This document shows, in pieces, positions 12,935 through 26,300 of a stretch of 64,000 nt of DNA. The notes beneath the pieces were generated by a model that searched no databases, was not told where the DNA came from, and worked only from the letters and a program-made list of their open reading frames with translations. Made by a program: the position numbers and the translations under genes. Source of the DNA: Octopus vulgaris (lineage: Eukaryota); assembly GCA_951406725.2 (NCBI GenBank), contig OX597837.1:13888001-13952000 (forward strand). The letters are read 5' to 3'. Each line of letters starts with the position of its first letter. The stretch's first letter is position 1.

Positions 12935-13560
12935 ATCAAACTACCTGTTTACTGAGAAGATTCTGCCTTTCCAAGACAAAGTCTGTAGGGTAGAAGGAAT
13001 CCCACCTGGTATAGAAGTGGCTTGGGCTGCAGCAGCCGTCCTCATTGGTAATGAGGAGGAGGTGGCTGTCCTCCAAGCCACAGAGACGGAGGAAGGAGGA
13101 TATAGAGGAAAAACACTGGAAATCATCATACAAGCGGAGGTGAAGCAACTGGAAAATTTGGCAGAGATGGTGACGTTGGGAGAAATAGTATTGAGAGTAT
13201 GGGTAGAGGGCAGAGTTCCGTGATACTTTAAATGTGGCCAAAAAGGCCATGTTAGAGCTCAAACCCTGTACAGAGGAAAACGACAGAAGAAGAAGTGCTG
13301 GAGATGGAGAATAAAAAGGAAGAAGTACAGATAGTTGGAAGGGGCAAGGAGGATGAATGGACAGTGATGGAGAATAAAAGGAAAAAGAGAAAGAAGAGGA
13401 AGAACAGTCAGTGTGATGTTGGACCCCGGACCAACTCCATCGCACCCAAGACCACTCAGACCCACCTTCCTCATACAGACACCAAACCCCACAGGAAAAA
13501 AATAAGAAAGAACAGACACCACAAAATTAACAAGACCCCTTCCCTGGTGAAAAAGGTTAC
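12935..13560 (+). mobile_element. Decayed gag-like ORF1 of a retrotransposon with zinc knuckle
   Basis: IPPGIEVAWAAAAVL...LRVWVEGRVP*YFKCGQKGHVRAQ is a degenerate CX2CX4HX4C, followed by EWTVMENKRKKRKKR. Confidence 0.65.
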
Positions 13561-14375
13561 GTGTACATGGAGGAGAGGGTGTTGTGACTCAGTAATGGGG
13601 AAAACGGTAAACGAAAAACTAGATCAAAGACTAGAGAGGACTCAGGACTCAGAGGTGGTGAGTGGGGTTACTCAGTGGGGCTTGAGTAACACACTTTTCA
13701 TATTCTCATTTCTCAAGTTATCATTCATGTATCATTATTCTAATATTTTGATTTTAATGTTTTTCATGTCCATTTCCATGTGTCATTCATAGCATCATAT
13801 TTTTATCTTAATTGCCACATGTCCCCCCACCACATGTGTTGTAGTGCCCCCCCCTCCATGTAATGCCTTTGTGGAAATTTAAAAGAAATAAAGAAGCTTG
13901 CTTCCCAACCACATGGCTCCAGGTTCAGTCCCACTGCGTGACACCTTGGGCAAGTATCTTCTCCTATAGCCCAGGGCCAGCTAATGCCTTGTGAGTGGAT
14001 TTGGCAGATGGAAACTGAAAAAAGCCCATCCCTCCAAACACCCCCTCCACACACACACAAGCACCCTCCCACACATACACATGTATATGTGTGTGCATGT
14101 ACAAGTATGGATGTGTGTGTGTATGTATATATATACAATTATGGATGTCTGAGAGAATGTGTGTTTGTGTATATGTGTGTGTGTATGTATGTATATATGT
14201 ACGAGTATGGATGTGTGTGTGTGTATGTATATATATACAATTATGGATGCCTGAGAGAGTGTGTGTGTGTGTGTATGTGGTGTGTGTGTGTGTACAAGTG
14301 TATTAAGCTAATTATTATTAGGCATTTTTAGGTAATTACATGTTTAAGCAATAATGCATGTATGTGTTTTGTGTG

Positions 14376-14409
<34 letters not shown>

Positions 14410-14701
14410 GGGAGGGAAGGGTATACCTAAGAAGATAAACAGTCTATGTAAACATACAGATATGTATCACCAGATTATATCTGTGACTTTCCAAATTTCT
14501 CAGTAGTTTAACAACAGGACATTAACGGTAGTTTTTTTTTGTTTCTTTTTTTCTTTTTTTTTTTAGACTATTTTATAGATTTTCATGACACTGCTATATC
14601 AGAATACCTTCCAGAATATTTTAATCTCAGTTTAATCTTAGTTTGGAAAGCGCTTTGACAAGAAACTCGAGGTCCATTAGTAACTTCTGCTCAATATGTA
14701 A

Positions 14702-14750
<49 letters not shown>

Positions 14751-14777
14751 TACATACACATATGTATATATATATAT

Positions 14778-15004
14778 CGGCGAACTGGCAGAAACATTAG
14801 CACGCCAGGCGAAATGCGTAGCGTATTTCGTCTGTCGTTACGTTGTGAGTTAAAATTCCCCGAGGTCAACTTTGCCTTTCATCCCTTCGGGGGCGATAAA
14901 TAAAGTACCAGTTACGCACTGGGGTCGATGTAATCGACTTAATCTTTTTGTCTGTCCTTGTTTGTCCCCTTTATGTTTAGCCCCTTGTGGGCAATAAAGA
15001 AATA
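14778..15004 (+). mobile_element. SINE family B in (TA)n
   Basis: Head GGCGAACTGGCAGAAACATTAGCACGCC, Deu-like core, tail CCCCTTGTGGGCAATAAAGAAAT. Confidence 0.85.
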
Positions 15005-15404
15005 TATATATATATATATATATATATGCTTATGTATATGTGCATAAGAGGAAATTGACATATGCTCAGTTTAAATGAATAATAAATATTTAAACAATAA
15101 AATGCCCAGAGAAATTTTAGCTGAATGAATTGAGCCAAGGACTAACTTGATATGTATTCTATTGGTGTCTTAAGCTGAACTGCTAAGTCACAACGACATA
15201 GATACACCAACACCAGTTGTAGGCAGTGGTGGGGAACAAACATACACACACACATACATACATACACACACATGCACACACATGCACACATATGCACACA
15301 CACATACAAACACACATACACACACACACACACACATACATGCATACATAAACACACACATATATGATGGGCTTCTTTCAGTTTCTATCTATCAAATCCA
15401 CTCA

Positions 15405-16190
15405 CAGGAGGGACGTCAGAACATCAGAGCAGTTTGAAAAAATTTGCAATTTTCTGGATGAAGACTGTCGTGTGTCTTCATCGAAGACAATCAGCAGTTT
15501 GGGGTTGATGTGGAAACTGCACAAGGAATTCTTCATGAAGATCTGAACGTGTGCAAAATCAGTGCAAAGTTTGGTCCTGGGGAGCACAGTGACGAGCATC
15601 CTGATAACCAACCACTTGACAGAGACGGGCATCAAACCTGCCCCTCACCCACTCCCACAATCCGAAACCTTGCTCTCTGTGACTTTTGGTAGTTCCCCAA
15701 GCTGAAGGAGAACCTCAGGGATAATTATTTCTTTATTGCCCACAAGGGGGCTAAACACAGAGAGGACAAACAAGGACAGACAAAGGGATTAAGTCGGTTA
15801 TATCGACTCCAGTGCATAACTGGTACTTATTTAATTGACCCCAAAAGAATGAAAGGCAAAGTTGACCCCGGCGGAATTTGAACTCAGAACATAACGGCAG
15901 ATGAAATCCCACTAAGCATTTTACCCGGCATGCTAACGATTGTGCCCTTTGGGATAATTGTCTTGAAGACGAAGGAGACTGCGACAAGGGTCCTGGAAGC
16001 TTTCACTTTGGGGTGGGGGTGTGGATCAGGCTTCCATGGGGGCCTTCACACAAATTGGCTGGAGCACTACAACAAGTGCACTGAAGTGAGAGGATCCTGT
16101 TTTGAAGGGGATCAGAATGTTGCATTTCTTTGAAATTAATAAATAACTCGTCCGGTGGAAAAGTCTGAAAACTTCTGGAATGCACCTTGT
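15405..16190 (+). mobile_element. Decayed mariner transposase relic interrupted by a SINE
   Basis: ILHEDLNVCKISAKF, NLALCDFW*FPKLKENLR (YSPDLAPxDF-like) and WLEHYNKCTEVRGSCFEGD, with a TIR-like end at about 16160-16190. Confidence 0.8.
15727..15950 (-). mobile_element. SINE family B nested in mariner relic, 9-bp TSD
   Basis: TSD GGGATAATT at 15718-15726 and 15951-15959. Confidence 0.85.
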
Positions 16191-16474
16191 GTGTGGTTGG
16201 TTTTAAATCTATTTTCCTGCGTTTGCACGAGTGGGATGCATTTTTGTGTGTTGGGGGTAACTGCTTTTATAAACAAAGAACTGGTCTTCCTTTGTTACAA
16301 ACCAGCCAACTGTGTGGCAAGCAGGGTGCTGCTACCTGTTTTTATATGAGAGGCGTAACTGGGGTGAGGTGGGGGTGGGTGGGTGTGGGGGCTTATGAGT
16401 TTTGTTCATTAGTACAATATCATTGCTACATTTAATATCATCAACACAGCCGTGTGGCTATGTGTGTGTGTGAG

Positions 16475-16492
16475 TGTCTGTCTATCTATCTG

Positions 16493-16554
<62 letters not shown>

Positions 16555-16615
16555 CATCTATCTATCTATCTATCCATCTATCCGTCTATCCATCTATCCA
16601 CCTATCCACCTATCC

Positions 16616-16675
<60 letters not shown>

Positions 16676-16857
16676 GTCTATCTATCCATATGTCTGTCTG
16701 TCTGTCTCTTCATCTGTTTGTCTGTCAACCTGTCTCTCTAATGACCTATTTGTCTATCTGTCTGTCTGTTTGTCTATCTGTCTGACTCTATATCCGACAT
16801 CTATCTGTCTATGTATGTATGTATGTATGTATGTATGTATGTATGTATGTATGTATG

Positions 16858-16891
<34 letters not shown>

Positions 16892-17137
16892 TGTATGTAT
16901 GTATGTATGTATCTATCTTTTTTTTTTTTTTTTTTTTTAAACCTTCAAAAGAAAAGCTCTACCTTGTAATTTGTTCTATCTGTGTGCAGCCCTGTGTGGC
17001 TAATAAAGAAACATATCTATCTATCTATCTACTTCTCTATCTATCTATCTATTCATCTATCTATCTATCATCTATCTATCTATCTATCTATCTATCCATC
17101 TATCCGTCTATCCATCTATCCACCTATCCACCTATCC

Positions 17138-17189
<52 letters not shown>

Positions 17190-17415
17190 GTCTATCTATC
17201 CATATGTCTGTCTGTCTGTCTCTTCATCTGTTTGTCTGTCAACCTATCTCTCTAATGACCTATTTGTCTATCTGTCTGTCTGTTTGTCTATCTGTCTGAC
17301 TCTATATCCGACATCTATCTGTCTATGTATGTATGTATGTATGTATGTATGTATGTATGTATGTATGTATGTATGTATGTATGTATGTATGTATGTATGT
17401 ATGTATGTATGTCTG

Positions 17416-17457
<42 letters not shown>

Positions 17458-17508
17458 AGTCAGTCTGTCTGTCTGTTTGTCTGTCTGTCTATCTATCTAT
17501 CTGTCTAT

Positions 17509-17554
<46 letters not shown>

Positions 17555-17562
17555 GTCAGTCA

Positions 17563-17598
<36 letters not shown>

Positions 17599-17604
17599 GT
17601 CTAT

Positions 17605-17662
<58 letters not shown>

Positions 17663-17674
17663 GTCAGTCAGTCA

Positions 17675-17719
<45 letters not shown>

Positions 17720-17750
17720 TCTATCTGTCTGTCAGTCAGTCAGTCTGTCA

Positions 17751-17784
<34 letters not shown>

Positions 17785-17920
17785 TTATCTATCTATCTAT
17801 CTATCTGTCTGTTTGTCTGTCTATCTATCTGTCTGTCTGTCTGTCTGTCTGTCTATCCATTTATCTATCTATCTGTCCACCCCACCACCACCACCACCAC
17901 CACCACCACCACCACCACAC
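16475..17920. repeat. Compound tetranucleotide array (TCTA/TCTG/TATG/TCAG) with internal duplication
   Basis: Seen directly; about 16480-16915 is repeated at about 17060-17415. Confidence 0.95.
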
Positions 17921-19557
17921 ACAAACATACACGAAGGCCCACGGCCCACCCTTAAGCTGTCACACCCATGAAAGCTAGATTGTGTGCTTGGTTCCCAGAC
18001 AGGGTGGGGCATTGGGTTCTGGAGCAAAAGCACTTCATTTAACTCTGCCCCAATCCTCCTTTCAATCAGGGGTAAATGTTGGCCTGGTTGCTCAGCCAGT
18101 GGGGTGACATCATCCAGAAGCTAAAACAATGCAAAGCACATTATGACCCAGCTATGTGTAACAACATCTGGCACTCCGGTCGGTCACGTGATCACGCTAC
18201 ATGATATAAGCACACACACCCACATGCATACATATATATACATATATACGACAGGCTTCTTTCAGTTTCCGTCTACCAAATCCACTCACAAGGCATTGGT
18301 CAGCCCGGGGCTATAGCAGAAGACTCTTGCCTAAGATGCCATGCAGTGGGACTGAACCCGGAACCATGTGGTTGGTTAGCAAGCTACTTACCACACAGCC
18401 ACTCCTAGATGTGTATATATATATACAAGTATATGCACTAAACTCCTTTTTATCTGGTATTCAAATAACTACATCTCTCAAGTAACTGGCACCCAGAAAA
18501 AATTTTTTAATGTATTGTTAATTAGAGTAAAGATAATTTGTGCTAATTTGTGTTAAGTAATTAGCATGGTAAGTAGCTTGCTTATCAACCACATGGTTCT
18601 GGGTTCAGTCTCACTATGTGGCACCTTGGACAAGTATTTTCTACTATAGTCTCAGGCCAACCAAAGCCTTGTGAGTGGATTTGGTAGACAGAAACTGAAA
18701 GAAGCCCAGGCTTATATACGTATATAAAAAGAAAAAGTCTGTGTGGTAAAAGGTTTGCTTCCCAACTACATGGTTCTGGGTTCAGTCCCACTGCAAGACA
18801 GCTTGGGCAAATGCCTTCTGCTACTGACCTAGGCCGACCAAAGCTTTATGGGTAGATTTGGTAAACAAAAACTGAAAGAACTCTATCATATATACACACA
18901 CACGTGCACACACCTGTGACCTTCTAATTATAAATCTGATGTCATCAGGTGAGAACATTTTGTTTGCTGCCACACGTAGATGCGTTGTTATGCAAGCTAA
19001 TGTGGGAATCTGTGCAGTTGCTTGACCAGGTGGGAATAGGAAATCCCACATGTATCATAAAATGCCAGCATACAGAAGTAGAACACATCGATTGGATATT
19101 GTCCAAGGTGGACTATGCCAAGGCAAAGATTAAGATATTTGAAATAGATCAGATTGTATGTCCACTCATTCGGGGATGATCTTGGGTTAGACAAGGACGA
19201 TGACTAGATGACAACAACAACAACTAGATGAACAGACGATGACAATGATTAGACGACAATGAGGATGATTAGGCAATGATGACAACAACAAGGAGATAAT
19301 GAAAACTGGAAGATGATGACAACTAGATGACTAGACAATGACAAACAGATAGAAGACTTGATGAGTAGATGACTAGGCTTCTTTCAGTTTCTGTCTACCA
19401 AATCCACTCATGAGGCTCTGATTGGCCCAGGACTACATTAGAAGAAACTTGCTGAAGATGCTGCTCATGGGATTGAACCTGAAATCATGTGGCTGGGAAA
19501 AAAACTTTTAACCACACAGCCATACCTGACTTAACATACTAAAACACTAAATAACCT

Positions 19558-19962
19558 CTCTCTTTTACTCTTTTACTTGTTTCAGTCATTTGACTGCGGC
19601 CATGCTGGAGCACCGCCTTTAGTGGAGCAACTCGACTCCGGGACTTATTCTTTTTGTAAGCCCAGTACTTATTCTATCGGTCTCCTTTTGCCGAACTGCT
19701 AAGTGACGGGGACGTAAACACACCAGCATCGGTTGTCAAGCAATGCTAGGGGAACAAACACAGACACACAAACACACATATATATATACATATATACGAC
19801 AGGCTTCTTTCAGTTTCCGTCTACCAAATCCACTCACAAGGCTTTGGTCAGCAAGAGGCTATAGTAGAAGACACTTGCCCAAGGTGCCACACAGTGGGAC
19901 TGAACCCGGAACAATGTGGTTGGTAAACAAGCTACTTACCACAGAGCCACTCCTGCACCTAT
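19558..19962 (-). mobile_element. Full-length SINE family A
   Basis: Collinear with 11303-11740. Confidence 0.9.
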
Positions 19963-20697
19963 ATATGTGTGTGTGATATATATGATATATATGTGTGTGT
20001 TAACTGGTGTAAGAAGGGTTTGGGAAGCCATATAGATGATACGTCTGTTATCTAATACAAGATATAAGATGTTGTATGAAGTTATAATATATATGATATC
20101 TGATACAACTCTTATCTGGTGTAAGTAAGGTATAACAAGCCAACAGGTGCTTCCCACAAAATGATGGGAAGTTTATTAAGTAATTTATATAATCTACTCA
20201 ACGTAGCAGCTAAATCTCATCTTATAATTATTTCTAATTATATATTTTATACACTCTGCCTTGAATATGCTAACAGTTACTTAAGTACCCTGATAAGGGT
20301 ATAACATAGTTTTTGACCAGCCTGTCTCACAGTTGTTCAGTGTAGCCTAACCCTCTCCTATCCGTTGCTCAGTTGCTCTCTTCGACAATTTACTGGTTGT
20401 GTTTGCACCGTAGTTCTGCAGCAACGTAGCAACGTAGAATCAGACCAGAGTTGCTACTTGGCTGGTCCACAGCAATGGTAGTAAATAATACGGGGAACAT
20501 TGCTGGCTCAACTTGCGATGGTGTTCTTAACTCTTCCCTCTCCTCAGATAATCAGCTTAAGTAAGGTACAGAGATAGCTGGGTGTGGAGAGAGAGAGAGA
20601 GAGAAAATGGAACAACAGATAAAGAAAAGAAAGGAAAAAATATGACCCAAGAGAGAGAAGGGGGGAGGGTAGATGTGTGCACACACATACACATGTA

Positions 20698-20727
<30 letters not shown>

Positions 20728-20728
<1 letters not shown>

Positions 20729-21013
20729 GGAGGCGCAATGGCCCAGTGGTTAGGGCAGCGGACTCGCGGTCGTAGGATCGCGGTTTCGATTCCCAGATCG
20801 GGCGTTGTGAGACTTTTTTGACCGAAAACACCTAAAAAGCTCCACGAGGCTCCGGCAAGGGGTGGGGGGTGATCCCTGCTGTACTCTTTCACCACACTTT
20901 CTCCCACTCTTTCTTCTGTTGGCCTGCTCGCTTAGCCAGCGGGGTGGCATCATTCGAAGGCTAAAACAATGCGAACGCATTGTGACCAGCTATGGTCTGG
21001 TCGGTCACGTGAT

Positions 21014-21020
<7 letters not shown>
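20728..21020 (+). mobile_element. SINE family C head with alternative tail, in (TA)n
   Basis: Same head and body as 6801-7188 but ends GGTCGGTCACGTGATCACGTGA(TA)n. Confidence 0.88.
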
Positions 21021-21044
<24 letters not shown>

Positions 21045-21220
21045 CACATGTGCACACACACATACATACATACATATCTACATACATACATGCATATATG
21101 TCTTTATCTTTTATCTCTTACTTGCTTCAGTCATTTGACTGTGGCCATGCTGGGGCACAAGCTTGAAGACCTTTTAAGCCCGCTACTTATTCTATAAGTC
21201 TCTTTTGCTGAGCTGCTGGT

Positions 21221-21475
21221 CTATCGAACTTGCTGGATAAATTCAGGTTTTCTGAGGATTTCAGAGCATTTAGAATGCTTTTTATGCTTTGATAATGGTA
21301 ACATGTTTCCATCTTCAGCCTCTAGCTTCTTATAAACTTTGTAGATGAAAGATCTGGCAACTTTTAAAAATCGAGATATTTCTAAATCCCTATGCTCAGC
21401 CTTTATAACCACAATCACAGCATGCAGCAATGACCCCTAAAAAGGTATGTCCTCAAATACCCTACACACCCTGTG
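21221..21475 (-). mobile_element. Tc1/mariner-superfamily 5' fragment
   Basis: HAVIVVIKAEHRDLEISRFLKVARSFIYKVYK is an HTH-like peptide preceded by a CAGGGTG terminus. Confidence 0.6.
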
Positions 21476-21476
21476 A

Positions 21477-21507
<31 letters not shown>

Positions 21508-21684
21508 CGACGGGCTTCTTTCAGTTTCCATCTACCAAATCCACTCACAAGGCTTTGGTCGGCCCGATGCTATAGCAGAAGACACTTGCCCAAGGTGCCA
21601 CGCAGTGGGACTGAATCCAAAACCATGTGTTTGGTAAGCAAGCTACTTACCACACAGTCACTCCTATATATGTATATGTGTGTA

Positions 21685-21737
<53 letters not shown>

Positions 21738-21830
21738 GTCAAAAATTGTAAGCATGACTGTCAACACTACTACATGAACCCGAAGATTGCAGAATTCAAT
21801 GCATGAAAGTACTAGTTCAATCAGAATGAA

Positions 21831-21886
<56 letters not shown>

Positions 21887-22079
21887 TATATATATATATG
21901 TATGTATATTTATATATACACACACACATACATATACACACACACATATACAGAGAGAGAGAGAGAGAGAGAGAGATAAAAGAAAAGAAATAGAAAGGGA
22001 GGGCTGGGAAATGGTTGGTCTTATTGTTTCCTAAAACTAACAGCTGTTTTATTTATTAAACTTTAAAATATTCTGCAAA

Positions 22080-22310
<231 letters not shown>

Positions 22311-22781
22311 CTATTTGGCCGAAATATTTCCATTCGCTACTAGAAAAAGAAGTTCAACATTCACACAGCAAGTTATTGTCCTGTGCAACAAAAAAAAAAG
22401 AAAAGAAAAATAAACGGAAACAACCACAGCAATAACAGCAACATCACCTGCTAAAGGATTGGCACTAAAATATTATATGTAATCTGTAGCCACATGGTGA
22501 ATGGGGTCTGTCACACACGTACGCACAGACAGAGAGGCTCAAGTGTGGCTGTGTGGTAAGAAGCTTGCTTCCCAATCACATGGTTCCGAGTTCAGTCCCA
22601 CTGCATGCCACTTTGGGAAGCATCATCTACTTTAGCCTCAGGCTGAACAAAGCCTTGTGAGTGGATTGGGCAGACAGAAACTGAAAGAAGCCCGTTGCAT
22701 ACATATACATACATACATACATGCATGCATGCATGCATGCATGCATGCATGCATACATACATACATACATACATACATACA

Positions 22782-22932
<151 letters not shown>

Positions 22933-23014
22933 TACATATATATATATGTTGGACCGTTAGCTCCTACACGCATTTTTTTCTCTCCTTGTTTCTCTCCTTG
23001 TTTTTTTCTGTGTA

Positions 23015-23052
23015 TCTTTCTGTCGAAGAGCGTAGGCTCGAAACGTAAAAGA
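23015..23052 (+). ncRNA. Minimal type I hammerhead-ribozyme-like motif (one core substitution)
   Basis: TCTTT-CTGTCGA-A-GAGC gtag GCTC-GAAAC-GTA-AAAGA: helix I, a CUGANGA-like core, helix II, GAAA, palindromic ACGT and a GUA site. Confidence 0.6.
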
Positions 23053-23786
23053 CTTTTTCTATTTCTATTCCTGAGCACCATACTAATACATTTGAAAGGA
23101 TGAAAGGGAAACTTGACCTCAATGGAATTTGAACTCAGAACATAAAGACAGATGAAATACTGCTAAGCATTTCATCCAGCGTGCTAACGTTTCTGCCAGC
23201 TCCCCATTTTGGTTAAAACAAAGAACGAAAGACAAAAAGTTAAGTTAAGATTTGGTAGATTGGTTGAACAGCTGAGAACATTTCACGACAGTTTATTTTA
23301 TTTAAAACTTGGTATTTACATCCTGCATTTCATAGTTTTTAAATTGGGCCACTCTCAGACTTAAATTGGGCCACTCTCAGGGGAAGAAGGAGTGTCTTTG
23401 CACCGGAATAATATATTCTGTTACTGTGTTTACTGGTACTAGCTTATTGGTAGTTCTCTCACCGACACGTATATCTTTCACTGACATCATTCCCCAAAGA
23501 CACAGACACACACACACACAGACACACACACACACACACACATGCACACACACACACACATAAACACACACTCGTACATACATATTTGTGTCTCTTTCTC
23601 TGTCTTGTTTTCACTTGTATCATATATATATTCTATATGTTTCGTAGAATGGTACATTGAGGAGTATTTTTTATGAGTACCACCAGATTACCTGAATCCA
23701 TATTTGTATAAAAGACATGAAAATTCTTATAAAATCAATTTTGAAGAATCCTCACGAATGGATGAAAGTGCTACTCTTTTCCCTTC

Positions 23787-23976
<190 letters not shown>

Positions 23977-24219
23977 CTGTGCCGGTGGCACATAAAAAGC
24001 ACCATCCGAACGAGGCCGATACCAGCACCGCCTTGACTGGCTTCTGTGCCAGTGGCAAATAAAAAGCACTCACTACACTCACGGAGTGGTTGGTGTTAGG
24101 AAGGGCATCCAGCTGTAGAAACACTGCCAGATCAGACTGGAGTCTGGTGCAGCCTCCTGGCTTCCCAGGCCCCGGTCAAACCGTCCAACCCATGCTAGCA
24201 TGGAAAACAGGCGTTAAAC

Positions 24220-24251
<32 letters not shown>

Positions 24252-24370
24252 GATATATATATAGTTGATCCCAAAAAAGAAACAACAACACAAGGACGTG
24301 GTACATGCAAAGTATTAGCAGATGCTCAGGGAAGGAAACAAAAGTAGTTTCACGTTTTGAGCTAACAATT

Positions 24371-25212
24371 CTGCCAGCTTGCCGCCCTGTGCCAGCTAAG
24401 CCACCCTGTGCGAGCTCACTGCCCTGTGCCAACTATGCTGCCCTGTGCCAGCTAAGCAGCTCTGTGCCAGCTTGCCGCACTATGCCGGCTCGCTGCCCTG
24501 TGCCAGCTCGCCGCCCTTGCCAGCTTGTCGCCCTGTGCCAACTAAGCCGCCCTGTGCCAGCTCGCTGCCCTGTGCCAGCTAAGCCGCCCTCGTGCCAGCT
24601 CTCTCCGCCCTGTGCCAGCTCGCTGCCCTGTGCCAGCTAAACCGCCCTGTGCCAGCTAAGCCACTCTGTGCCAGCTCGCCACCCTGTGCCAGCTCGCTGC
24701 CCTGTGCCAGCTAAGCCACCCTGTGCCAACTAAGCCGCCCTGTGCCAGCTTGCCGCACTATGCCAGCTAAGCCGCCCTGTGCCAATTCTCCGCCCTGTGC
24801 CAGTTCGCTGCCCTGTGCCAGCTAAACCGCCCTGTGCCAGCTAAGCCGCTCTGTGCCAGCTCGCCACCCTGTGCCAGCTCGCTGCCCTGTGCCAGCTAAG
24901 CCACCCTGTGCCAACTAAGTGTGCCAGCTTGCCGCACTATGCCAGCTAAGCCGCCCTGTGCCAGCTCGACGCCCTGTGCCAGCTCGCTGCCCTGTGCCAG
25001 CTAAACCGCCCTGTGCCAGCTAAGCCGCTCTGTGCCAGCTCGCCACCCTGTGCCAGCTCGCTGCCCTGTGCCAGCTAAGCCACCCTGTGCCAACTAAGCT
25101 GCCCTGTGCCAGCTCTCTGCCCTGTGCCAGCTTGCTGCCCTGTGCCAGCTCGCTGCCCTGTGCCAGCTCGCTGCCCTGTGCCAGCTCGCTGCCCTGTGCC
25201 AGTTCGCTGCCT
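24371..25212. repeat. GC-rich 18/19-bp minisatellite (GCCCTGTGCCAGCTCGCT / ...CTAAGCC), about 45 units
   Basis: Seen directly; a higher-order block of about 180 bp recurs near 24640, 24825 and 25005. Confidence 0.95.
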
Positions 25213-25644
25213 GATAGAATAAATACCAGGCTTTAAAAAAAAAAAACTAAAAAGAAACCCACAAAAGTACTGAGGTTGATTTGTTTGATATGGCTGCCGT
25301 CCAATGATTGAAACAAGTAAAAGACAGAAGAATAAAAACAAAATATTTGTGATACATTCTGTGCCAGTAACCGCTGCAACAGCCATTGCACTGACAGTGT
25401 ACGGCTGACGGGAACAATGAATGTATTTATATCAAATCTGTGAAGTCAGTTTACAATATCTCTCACTCCACCTCCATCTTCAACACCTTTCTATGTAATT
25501 AGACTAATCATAGAGTCCTTATATTGATTGAAGCCATGTAACCTTACATGGCCAATAGGAATCAACGAACCAATCTTTTATCTTTTACTAGTTTCAGTAA
25601 TTGTACTGCGGCCATGCTGGAGCACTGTGTCGAAGGTTTAGCTC

Positions 25645-26300
25645 AATCGTTCTCAACCAGGGTTCATGTGACCTCTGAGGGTCCTTATAAGATTTTGCTG
25701 TTAAAATTCATCTGCAATAAATTGGTTTTACTTCTGCAGGACACAAAACATTTTAATAATTTTTTTGATATATTTCCTAATCTATATACATAAAAACTGA
25801 AGCTGTCTGTGTGTGGCAAGTTTGGTAGCCTTCAACTAACACTATCTCCTCCGAGACCCTGCAAGTTGACCAAAATTGAGAATATGATAGAAGGCTTGCT
25901 CTTCCTTCCGAAGAAGAAAAAATTCAAATCGGACCATGTTAAGACCAAGAATTCTTTACATCAAAAACGTGCTTTTTTTCTATGAAAAGCCCTATTATTT
26001 TACGATTTTTTTTATTGCTGTATCACCATTTTTCGGTGTATTTCAACCAGAAAAATGTTCCCTTAAAGAGAATAACAAGCTACATAATGCAAAATTTTTT
26101 ACTTTTCAAAAATTCCAATTCTAAAGGGTCGAAAAAACAAACAAACCCGAGGAACGCCAGGCAATACTGCTAGTAATATTTAATTATAAAAAAAAATTGT
26201 GATAAGAGATTTTAAACATTGAATAGCTTTGAGGGTCCACCTGAGTAAAATAGGAAGCGAAGGGGTCCATAGGTGGGAGGTGGAAAAATGGTTGAGAACC
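25645..26300. mobile_element. hAT-like MITE split by a Helitron
   Basis: Ends GTTCTCAACCA ... TGGTTGAGAAC; an uninterrupted relative lies at about 38010-38296. Confidence 0.65.
25781..26173 (+). mobile_element. Non-autonomous Helitron (393 bp)
   Basis: 5' TCTATATACATAAAA, 3' CTAG preceded by an imperfect GC-rich hairpin CCCGAGGAACGCCAGG, inserted between A and T with no TSD. Confidence 0.85.

Noticed and set aside
16452-17978. 378-aa and overlapping ORFs (YLSI/CMYV repeats)
   Set aside because: Translation of tetranucleotide microsatellites.
19195-19375. GATGAC/ACTAGAT-rich stretch as a structured repeat or acidic exon
   Set aside because: Degenerate low-complexity tract with stops and no consistent unit or splice sites.
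20728-20805. tRNA gene (also 7110-7188 and 35335-35410)
   Set aside because: The tRNA-like head continues into a repeated SINE body and tail, with a TSD in one copy; it is not a stand-alone tRNA.
24371-25212. CRISPR-like array or Cys/Pro-rich protein ORFs
   Set aside because: Units are contiguous with no unique spacers, there are no cas genes, and the context is eukaryotic. Mixed 18/19-bp units break the reading frames.
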